From: Ascidiella aspersa
Taxonomy: Eukaryota
Length of the DNA: 64,000 nucleotides
Reading direction: 5' to 3'
Assembly: GCA_963924565.1 (NCBI GenBank)
Contig: OZ004615.1
Location: forward strand, 5,890,001 to 5,954,000
The translations under genes and the position numbers were made by a program. This document shows positions 33,701 to 45,700 of this stretch, piece by piece (the first letter of the stretch is position 1; each line of letters starts with the position of its first letter). The notes beneath the pieces are model-generated. The model saw only the letters and a list, made by a program, of their open reading frames with translations. It did not search any database and was not told the DNA's origin.

Positions 33701-36700
33701 TTTGTTGATAATACGAATTATTTCTTAAAAAATATCGCAATTATCAGCTGTTCAGTGCCCAACTTAACCAAACGCATTAGGCAGAACTCGTTTAGTCTTC
33801 ACCGTTTAAAGAATACACGCACTGTTCAATCCCATAAGACGCATTGGTGATGGTGGGTACATAATAGTTCTCAACAAAGTTCGCAATTTTTAGCTGTTCA
33901 GTGCGCAACTGAACAAACACCATCAGCAGAAATCGATTCTTTGCGAGAAAAATAGTACAAAAACGCTGCGAAACTTACTCTAGACCAGTTGCCCTTCCTC
34001 CATACTGCCGGACACGGAGGCGGCATACAGCGGCGTTGGGAGACCGGCATCGCATACCCAGAGCAGCGGGCATTGTCCAACTGCTCTCCGCTGGCCGTCT
34101 GTCTGCAGGTGACTGACCTGTGGTGGACTCCTGGAAAGCCGCAGGTCCGCGAGCAGGATCCCCACTCTGACACGACCCAGCTGCGTGAAAATAGGGACAC
34201 TTGTCATCAGGGTTTAGGATTAGGAGTCTAAATGGGGACTCGAGACTAGGTGGAGTCGGTTAATTTTACTGAAGTAGGACTCCGGACTCGAGTAACGCTC
34301 CTTAAGATTACCCGAACGAGTAAAGAGCAGGATCCCCACTCCGATTTGACCCAGCTGCGCGAAAACTCGCGACACTGGTCAGCAGGGCTGCGGAGTCGGG
34401 ACTTGACGATATCGTTTTATTCTGCCAACCCGGGTAGATAACCGACTTGTACATGCGCAGTACTAAACTTCGAAACGGATAAGGCCGCAAACTTTCAGTT
34501 GTAATTAGGGATGACGATAATATCGGATTGAAGCCGATACCCGATACCAAGTGGTAGTATTGATACTCGTCCGATATACGCAGGAATTTCAGTCATGGTT
34601 TGTAATCTAACGCAACGATTCAAACTTGAAAGGTTAATTTATCAAAAACTATACTAGGTTAACAACTGAAGGCAACTACATTTTTTACCATTGTTGTGGA
34701 ACGCAACCGCGCCATTCCCGAGCACGCGGCTCGAGGCATTCTTGTGTTATTTTAATTGCTATGCGTTGTTTGTGTGTACGCGCTTGATTTGTGCCTACTG
34801 CAGGAATGTAATTGGTGTGTTTGTAATTACTTCGTGAGCCTATAAAAGGCTGTTCACTTACTACTACGTTACCATTCCATTTTACTGATTCCGACTGAAT
34901 ACAACCTAAGTTACAACAAACTGTGCTTATTTGGACTCTGTAAAGAAGCAAGGCGCAAACGTGATTGAAAACACAACAACCATTAAAGCAAATGTTGGCA
35001 TAATAACCTGGAAAAGGGCCTTAAATGTTTCGATTTCACCTATTTTGCTTATTGGAGAATAGCAATGACGTCATTTGGTATCGGATCGGATCGCGATACT
35101 TTTTGTCTAAAATATCGGGTATCGGTGTCGAAATGAAATATCAAGTATCGAACATCCCTAAAAGGTGGAATAGCATATAATAAAATACTTTCCAACCACG
35201 TGTTCTGTGTGTACGGGTAATTAGACCCCCGGCATGGGCGGATTGCTGGACATCCACCATATTTTGGTTACGTAAATGGGTGAAGGTAAAAAAGATAGGA
35301 ACCAAAATAGTCGCTAAGTGTTTGTGGTTTAAACCACGAGCAAAATAGACAGTTTAAAAATTCTTGCCGTGACACAAAGTTTAGGGTGATTTTATTAAGA
35401 GTAGCCATAGCTCCGAAAAAACTCATTTCGGAAGAACATTCGAGTCACCAACCTGATAGAGGCCGGGCATTCCCCGGCGTTGCAGGTCTTGCCCCAGTTT
35501 TTTGGGGGCGAACCCAGGCACTTCCTTTTTGTCACCCACTTGCCCATCCGCTTGCTACGACAGCCGAAACGAGGGGTCCTGGATAGATAACAAACGGAAA
35601 TGTTAGAAGGCGTAAGTAGTATAGTAGGAGGTAGAACACATTAGCTCTTTGTTTTAATGTAGTGCTAAGTGTTTTATTAAGTGCTAACGATGTAAGAGAG
35701 GCCGATGAATATCTGTAAGAAGTAAATCGAGATTTTGCTACGCGTGTTATTTGACGTTTAACGTTTGTTATTGTCTAATTTTTTTCATAGTGATTTTATA
35801 ACTGTAACCAATACCATAACACCTCAATAAATCTAGCCCTGTCAATTACTGCAGACTGCGACTCAACAAAATCAAACGCCAACCCAAATTTAGGTCGCAA
35901 ACCATAGGTTGAGAAACACAGGCTTTGGCGAAGCCATTCTTGGTCATCTCAAATAACGGCCATGTTTACATGGGACAAAAAGACAATACGCGACAGGCGC
36001 TTTAAACCGGTCGCGCAAATCGAGCGAACCGGGTTCGAACCTCTGTCCTTCCCCGCATGTCACGGAACAGGGCGTCCAGCGTCGCACCGCAAAGTTGTAA
36101 ACGTCGCGCGGCCTCGGAACGTCGCGCTGGTGCAGCACGTAGTTGTAGCGCACGTCGACGCGCACCTGGCGAGAGCGGACCAAGATCTGAAAAGGGAAAG
36201 GGGAGAATGTTTTTAAGTATAGTTGCTGAGGGAACTTTACAAGCAAAGTGCCGACTTATAGGCCAGTGAGTTCCACTTAGTGTTAAAAAGATACAAAAGT
36301 GCCGAGGTGCTATACCGTATAACACCTCAGCACCTTTGTATCTTTTTAACACTTAGTGCTACTCACTGACCTATACAGTGCCGACTTGGTTTTGAAAACC
36401 CTTATACGTATAGCTGATTAGTCAGTGGTCCTGAATTTAAACCCAACCGCAGTTAGTTTTTGTATCATTTCTGTTGTGCATGTAAATTAAATCAACAACG
36501 AATAATATTGGTAAGCCCTTTAAACAATTGCCCAACGTATTATACTAAAAATAAAAGATCGTTTAGAGCTGCTGTATGACCTCATAATATTTGGTCCGCA
36601 ATGTGCATATTGCTTGCCTTAATGTGTTGTTTATTAACTGGAGAACATGACTTTTAAACAATCTTAGATATAACCACCAGACGTGCAGCTTTGCTTTCTC

Positions 36701-39700
36701 TAGTGACCGAAGCAATTTTGCAAAACAACTTGGGTTTTGCTGCAATATGCACGTAAGGTCGTCAGGTGCTCAAAAAGTTTCTTTTAGTCTCTTAAAATAC
36801 CAGCTAGGCTCCTGTTAAACATATTTTTACGGCTCTGAATGGCGTCCACCGTGATTTGGAGTGAGCTGCAGCTCTCTTATTTTAATTGCAAAAACAAATA
36901 CTTTACGAAACTTGGGTTGTCACAGTTGAACAGAACGTTATTGTTGGCTAAACGCCATCAGCAATTTCTCATCAATTTACATAGGTGTAGCTGACGCAAA
37001 ACAGTGTCGTGTTTAAGAACTTCAAACAAGGTGGGTAGGGAATTTCGAGGCGTTTCGACACAAGATCGATAGACCAATAATAAGTTAAAATGGCAAACTA
37101 ACATTCCGACACTAATCCTTCGCATTTTTGAGTTGCCAATTTGCGCAAACCGTGTTTTCCGCAGTGTGTGTACTGTGTAATCAAAAACCAAGGGCTCGTT
37201 CGAACGGTCGACGGGCACGTCGGGATTACCTAATGGCTGTTGTCGATGACTCAAGGCCAAACAAGAGATCAAGTTAGAATTCGAAATGCAGCAGCAAGGA
37301 AAACAACAATTCCCACATGATGACGTCACTGCCCTACACCTGATATGACTCATGAGCGGCATGGACTGAAAACCGTGTCCTTTTCACAAGGAAGTGCTTT
37401 GAGAGTCCTTTAGACAAAAAGAGGGGCGCAAATACTTCACCAGAATGACGTGCGTCATAACGACGGGGGGCATCAAAGCAGGGACTGCCCCGTTACCCAA
37501 CGTCAATAAACAGGCCAACTTGGGGCCACTGATCTCGTTACAAAGAGGGGAGGGGGCTGTTGACGTATTCGTGGAGAGCAATTGGGCAGCAACTTGGTGG
37601 AGGGATAGACATTCGCAAACCGTGTGCCGCGAAACTTTTTGTGAGTTTGGAAAAACTATCCATGTTACACATTTGAATACAGACAAGACTTGAATTTATT
37701 ATTATTTTTTTGGTTAGTTGACGCTGCGTCTTTTTTAGTGACGCTGTGCATCACCAGGGTATAGAAAAAAACATTTCATCTAATTTTATTTTATTGCCTA
37801 TGGTGAACTGCAAAACATTAACGCGCTGTTTCAATCTCGTTTATTGTAACTTTACAGTTAACCACTCAGCAAAAAAACGAGCAAGGGTGCAACGAACTAT
37901 GTATAACTTATGTATGGTGCCGCAAGTCAAAAATAACGAAACACTGCTGCGATTTATTTTTTTATTTTTATTTTTTTTTTAAGGGCGATTTCGCAATTTA
38001 ATTGTAGGCTACTTTCGTTTCGAAATTACATATACGACTTAAAATCGGCCGGCCTACTACTTGTGGCGCGCATACAACAGGTGAAGAACCGCTGAGATAA
38101 TTGCAAGTGTTACGGTATTAACCTTTTGCCAAGTGTATCGCGATTTTCTTTGGAATTTTTCCCAGTAAGCTGAAAAAGTTTGAGAAACCCTTCGTTTAAG
38201 TAGGGAAATTTTGCTTTTGTGTTAAGGCACTTTGCATGACCGCAAACGAATGAAAGTCTTCGCAGTGGATAAGCAAAAACACGAGACGCCGCAAAGTAAT
38301 GGGACTTTTGTAACCCCCGTAAAAAACCTAACGTCGTTTCATCGGCCGGCGAGTTAGATCGTGCGCGCCGCTATTTGCGCTGGCAGTGACACGAGCGACG
38401 GTCTTAAACAGCGCGCTCCCTATTGTGACGTGTTCACGTGTTGATAATCGTGCCGGCGACACGGGTCTTTAAAAAAGAGTAATTGTGCTTCGGAAAATAG
38501 GAGGCGCTTTTGGCTGTTAAAACTGTTAGGTTTCTTTCCCTTATGTTTGAGCTGTTAAATTTCTTCTCTTTTAGTATATTTTTTTCATTAAACACTGCTC
38601 AACAAGCTTGACATCAAACAAAAATCAAGTAAATTGCGTAAAATTTCTATTTTTATAATAGCAGAAAATCGCTACTATAGCTATCTACATCCAGGTATCG
38701 TTTGTTTATCGTTGTTTTTGTCCCGGAAAGCCTTGTTCTAGACTGAAATCTAGCAAATTCTAAGGTATCTCAAAGGATGCCTCAAGACCAATAGAAGAAC
38801 TTAAGAAATGATTTAAGAAGTTGTAAAACGGGGGTAAACTCCCGGGCTCATTAGGGAACACGGGCTTTAAAGCGACCAACTAATCGAGCATATCAAACAG
38901 TAGATCACAGCAACGAATTATCTCACAATACCCGTACCATTAGGTTGACGTCTGAGTTGGTCGGTCCATAGGCGGTAATGTTCTCGACTCCGTTTTCGCT
39001 ATCGTATGTCCACACCGTCCCCGCGCTCACAGTGCGGTAGGGAAGCGAATCGCCGCTGATCACACGACTTCGCTGGTTGAGAAAGTAACGGCGGCCTTCG
39101 CGACTCTTGAGCGCTGTTTCGGGAAGCAAAGGTGTGTGTTAACTCGGTGCAGAGAAAACGCGTTTTGGGTCGAGGTTTTCTTTCAACGGGAGCTGTTGTG
39201 TTGCCGTAAATATATATTGGATGCAAGTCTATAGCAGTGTTGTAAACAATTCATCATTTACAATGACTAAAAAGTCCCAGCCGAATCATTTGTGAAATAA
39301 CTTAACTCAATCCAAGCCTTTTTAAAAAATAACAAGTCCAGTCCCAGTCTAAGTCATCAGTTGCCAAGTCAAGTGCCATTCAAGTCACTATTGGAGCAAG
39401 CCAACTACAAGTTAAATCACTGATATAAGAATAAATTGATAAAAAATCATTATAATTTGTAAACCCGTCCGAATATGAGCACAAAACCGACTAAAAAAAT
39501 AACAAAAATTTCATGTACCAAAAATGTGCAAAAATTTAGATAAATAGTTCAAATTTGGAATAAATTGTTAAATGAAACCACTTAATTTTAACCCAAGTCA
39601 TTGGACTGACTTAAAAGACTCAAGTCGGTTTTCCAAAACCACTCAAATCAAGTCATTTAAAAAACAGTGAATTAGGTCTTTACAACACTGGTCTATAGTA

Positions 39701-42700
39701 AATTATTTGGACAAACTAAGTTTAGAATTTGAAACCCCCCAACTCCATTTCGTCAGATATGTACGATTGTTTTTACTGCATTATAACTATTTTTAGTATC
39801 TTATTGGGATTTAATTTCGCTATTAAGATTCTTATAACAATCCGGTTGCGGTAATAGTTTAGAGTTCACTATTGTCTGGGACATAGAATCAGTTGATATT
39901 ATTGATAGCGATACCTACAACATAATTTTTGGATTCCAGGTGATACTAAAGTAGCGGATAAATTACCGTGTTTGGATAATTTCGCCTATTATACTTTAAC
40001 CAATTCGTAAAACATTTGACAAATAAATTTACTTCAGTTAGTCACTGCTTCAGGCCCATTTAACCCGCAAACCAACTAACCTACTTCATTTAAATGGACT
40101 AAGCATTGCGTTTCGAGACACACGTGACTAACTGTCTACAAACCTAGACACGATGGTCGTTAGTTTTGAAGTATGGCTTTGTTTTTCCAGAACTAAATTA
40201 CTCAGCGCTAACGAGTTGTTAATGGTAAGAGTTGTTTTAGTGATTCAGACTCATTGCAAGTTTTTAACCTTTGCTTGTCACCCTAACTGTGCCCCCAAAG
40301 ACTTGACGCTAGTCTAGAATCTTACCACATTTTCGATTTGGGATTTATATTGCTTATATTATTTGGGTTAGGGTGCGAGTTAGCGTTTGGGTTCGGTTCG
40401 AGTGGTTCAAATATTGTTATGATATTTATTTTACTCTCCTTGGCATTTTATTTTTGACAACTCGTTTCTTTAGTGTAAAAAAGTGGTAGGATTGTAGACC
40501 AGCGCCAAATATTTCCATTATATTCCTAATAGGCAGGTCTATCGCATCTGAAATCGAATTAGCTGATAAGGTCAAATTCAAATTACCATACAACTTACAG
40601 CAAACACTTTGCCCAAGGTTCTTACCGAGAATGTTGGCGTTATCTGATGAGGGAATTTCCCGAATGTGGATGTGGCGTGCGCCGCGCGGGATCTTGTACA
40701 CCTTCATGTATTCTGAAAATAGCATCGAAATTATCTCAACGTTTGATCATTTTTGGAAAATTGAAGTTTTTTTTTGTATTTCATTGTTTTGTTTTACTAA
40801 CCTCCTGTTTAACAACATAGATAACTTAAAAATACGCTACAGCGGGCAAAATACATTTTCATTATATACCAATTTAAAAGGTAAATTTGTATAGCAACTT
40901 AAATACAATTGACTTCTTGTAGAAACAAAAATATTAAACAAACGGAAAATATTAAAAGAATCTGCAGCCAAGGGTGGAATAACAAAAGTTTCGTGATCAA
41001 CAACTTAAAGTGTTCCACGTTAAACATAAATATGCCGTTGCTACCATAGGCATAGTATACTAAAACAACTCTGCTTATACTTATTTATTTTTTCCAACGT
41101 TTCAGCTAAACCTACACAGGATGCCTTCATCACGTTAACCATAACTTGACGGTCGCGAATTGAACCAAATGCTGTAGCCAGCCCCTGTACTTACGGTTTA
41201 TCTTCCTCTTGGTGGTCTTGGTCAGCTCCCCCGTTACATTTCTGCACTGGCTTCCATCCCCGTTGCAAACCCCGCACGCGTCTTCACGCAAAGGCGATCC
41301 GATCATCTTATCACAACCGACGTTCTGCCAATACAGAGTCGATTTAGTTTTACAATGTGGTATACCATTGTTAAAGCCGAAAAGTTTCTCAGTTTGTTCA
41401 AATTGATCCCAAAATCGGAACGCCTTATCGGCGACTAAAAATACAATGAATGACTTTCTCTGCTACCGGACAGGACTCAGTTAAAGCCCAGTACAAGAAA
41501 GCCCGAAACCCCTGTATTTTAATGCCTCTCTGCTAAATTCGTCCAAGTGACCTAGATTTTTACACTGAAGATAGCATGAGGTATTGCTAAAACGTCTGCA
41601 AACTGTGAAATGTCAATTTTATCGAATATTATTCAAATTGCTAAAAAAATGAGTGTTTTGTTCCAATGGTTCTTTTAAGGTTTGCAAAACCTTCATTAAA
41701 GTTATCGTCCATACATGAGAAATTTTAAGCCATAAACAGATATCAAGTTGAATAGAGGGTTGTCAACAGCGCAATCCCATTTATGCTGATCAATTAAAAT
41801 CCTCAACGCCCGAATGTACATGGATTGCAGATCAGTTTTTCAAAGTTTTGCTTGAGGTGCTGTAGAATTTTTTTTATTTTTTTTTTAACAAATACCAATG
41901 CAATAAAACACTGCTAGAACCCGCTACAAAATTAGAGCATTTTAGGGAAAATCACGCGTGTCAAATCTATAATCTTTTCCATAACTTGCTATCTCGGCTT
42001 GAGCCCTTCCGGCCATATTCGCGCCTGGCTGCAGAAATGACGCCATCAAGGCAGTATTTACGTCGTGGGAGGTTAAAAAACAATCAAAGGCGCGCGGAAA
42101 AAGCTTGCGGCTCAACAGATTAAGATAAAAAGCGCCAGATTATAATCCGGAGGCAGCTAAAAGCGTTCGCCGCCGCCTTTTGACGGCAAAATGCCAATAA
42201 ACAAGCCACGGCTGCGGTTACCGCTTCGGATTTCGCGGCTGGAACTTTGTCTCTTCGGGCCAGGTCAAGGCAATCACAAGAGTTCGATGTTTTTTTGCTA
42301 CAAAGAAGGCCTCAAAGCTGATCGGAAAGATACTGTAGTGTGCTGTGTAGCTATCCGCCTAAACTGTAGACCAGTGGTTCTTTACCGGGGTGCCGCGGCG
42401 CCCTGGTGTGCCACTTCTAATGCTCAAGGATGCATATATAGACATTTGAGATGTTTCAAGAATCTGATTTTAGCTCAATTGGTAAGCTTTCTGATACAAC
42501 TATTCGTGTACGATTAGAGACCATTATATCAAATGACATTTTCCTACATGTTTTAAGTTGATTGTTTTGTTACAGTTCCATTTACAGTGACATTTCAATA
42601 AAATAGTTAACGAAAATTTCAGTCGGGGTGCCGACAATCTATTTATTATTTTTGAGGGGTGCCGTAAGCCATAGAAGGCTGAGAATCACGGCCGTAGACA

Positions 42701-45700
42701 CTTAAAAATTACACGGCTTATTTAAGTGGTATACACGAGATTAAACTTATCAGACCGCAAGGTGTAATTTTTTGTGAATTTGTCCAAGCATTGGTGATTA
42801 TCGAGCAGTTCAAAAACGATCACCGATCTTAATTGGATCAGCAAGCGAAAGCGAATTTAAAAAGAGGAACGTTGCTTGAACACGTTTAGGTCATTATCGG
42901 AAAACACATCAAAGGATTTCGAGAGAAACGCAGGATTCAAGGCAACGTTAATCAGGGCCAGAAAGAGAAAGATAAAAAAGCTCTTAAGGTCATTGCGGTG
43001 ATATCTTAGCTTAAGCGCGCGTAGTGGTGTCTAAATGGGAATCCTTTGTCGCTGTACTATAGTCTCCTGAAAGCCGATATATATATCTCTCTTTTTGGAT
43101 CAACAATACGCGTCCCAAACTTGTGGCTTTTTTGGATCGCGTTCCGACAATTAGATCTTTTTAAAGACGCTTCGAGTTTAACTACGAGTTTAACGACATT
43201 ACACCTGGGTATGTCTAAATATCTCATCACAAAGGGGATTGGAAACTGTTTAGGAAGGAAATACTTCATCGTGTTTCTTTTTTAGGCCTACCCATATTGA
43301 ACTCACACTTGAGTTCGTATATGGGGTTAAGAATGTTGTTTTGTCAACGGAGAAAACACTGTATTTCGAGTTAAAGTTTGTCCGCGCAAGAATATGCGAC
43401 GCTCTTGAAATGCAAGAATTTTTCTTTTTTTTTTCTAGTATTTTTTTTCAATCTCAAAGAAAGTAAAGAAAGTAATGTAAAGTAAGTGGTGAACGTGTAG
43501 TAACTTTTTCTTTCCATAGGCCAAAAAGTCGACCGGAAATGCCTGAAATGTCAGTAAAAGTTTGGCCCAGTCCTCGAGACAAACGACCTCCCATAAGGAG
43601 GCGGTGCTGCCGCTTAGAGGTAGGGCCAGAGTTGAACTGCTAATCGACAGAGGGTCAACATTGATACCTTTTTGTTTATAATGTAAGTAATAATTGTAAG
43701 TGTCAGTGTAGTAATAATTTCAGTATTTTATTGCCCCTAAAATCGGTTTACCCAGTAAAAATAATGGCAGGATAACCTTAAGGAATCCGGTCAAAAAACC
43801 CTGTTAGGTAAGTATGGACAAATATATATGTCTCAGTGAGCTCAAAGTGGGCCCTAATAGGACCTACCACGCACTCCCCGCGAATGCAGATCCCGTGCGG
43901 GTCTTCGTAGCTGCAGAAAGTCCCGTCCTCAACTATGTCGCCCATGCTCGCCACCAGGTGTCGCTTTCTCGACACGCAGAAGAGCTCGCATTTGAGAAAG
44001 ACTGAAAAAAATATATTTTCAAAATTAAAAAAAATACAATGAAAAATAGTAACACTTTTTTCCGGAAAGCAGGAATAAACAGCCATGAAGTTTGTTTTAG
44101 AAAGGGAACAGTGTAAAACGTAACGCACAAATACAACAAAAATTGACGAAGAAACACCAAACATGTTTCAGAATCCTTGAAAAACAATAGTATCACACAT
44201 CTACATGTTTTACAAATGCACTGTAGAAATTAATACAAAGTGATCGTACGCCACATATTTACATAAGAGAACACTCCATGGTGTGCAATTATTTTTGCTA
44301 GCAGGCCGCGTGATGCGTGTCAAAATGGGGAACTGGAATACACATAATAAAACGTGCAATTCCTTTTAAAAGAAACTTTAAATGGCCTTGTTTAGACAAA
44401 TTGGTAAGAGTACGAAAAAGTTTACAAGAAAATTCCTTACAAGAATAATGTATAAAACAAAATATTTTAAAATGTTGTTGTTTTCAAGTTGCTTGGCGGG
44501 CCGGCGGTAATTTACCCACGTCTGTTCTAATCGCTTTAATGCCGAGAAACTTGAAACAAAATCAACTGACAACTTACGCTTGGGGTGCTCGTAGGGTTGC
44601 CACTTGTGCTTCTCGCGCTTGATCGACACGCCGTTGCTGTTCATGCACTGCTCGGCTCGGAAGTCGCGTCCACTCGGGCAAGGGCGCCGGTTGCACAAAT
44701 CGGGCTCCATGTTTTGTCCCGTGCAGTCGCGCCCGCCGTTTGCGGCGCTGCGGAGCAAGGTCGGCGCGGTTAGAATTTCATAAAGGAAACGACGTGGAAA
44801 TCAACGTGGGAATCCTTAGCCTTTAACTAATTAAAACAAATAAAATAAAAAAGAGACGTGAAGGTTGCGCAAAAGAGTTGTAGTTTTCGTTCCAATATTT
44901 TGCGTTGCCTTCGTGAATTTCGCTTTATTGCTGTTTTCGATAATGCAAATCGTCTTGTTTTACCTGTTTTATTTTCGTTCATTGCGATATTGCAATGTCT
45001 CAAAATTATGTATGAAATTGGTTATAAAAATGTCATGACTGAGTATTGCATTTTGAGGGTTCGGCATTGTTATTTCAGCTTTTACCATAACGACATTTCC
45101 AATCGTTGTATAAATTGTCGAATAGTACAGGGCAAATTGTAAGAATCATAAATTACGCAGTTAACGGTGAACCTCTAAAAGTCAAGTGTAAACTGCCGCT
45201 GTAATATAATGGGATTCAAACGAAGAGCCCTAAACGACCGCGTAATATTAAAACACCCTAAAAATACGCTGTTTTTAAACGACCAATAGGTAGCCTCACG
45301 CGCCACAGCGGCTTGCAAGAAAATTCGCTCAAAGCACCCACTACAATATCCCCGTAAACTTAAATCTCCGTTGAGAGATCACTGAATCCGCTCAGACCAC
45401 TAGTCTAGCAAAAAAAAGACTCGAGCTCAAGCGACAAACAGTCAGAACACCGCAGACACTACGCTACGTGCCAAACTGAACGTTCGCTCACAAAAAAGCG
45501 CAAATCCGTCTCTCCTTGGGAAGATACTAATCCCGCGCCGCACTTCTGGTCTCTATCTGGAAGCGGATCGCTACCTTGACGAGCCGCAGCCGGAAACAAC
45601 AAATCGCGTTTCTGCTGCTGACATTTCGCTCGTCTCTTCAAAGGCTCGAGTATTTACGCTAAACTACGCCGTAAGTTTTCGCGGCGAGTTTCGGATTTGT

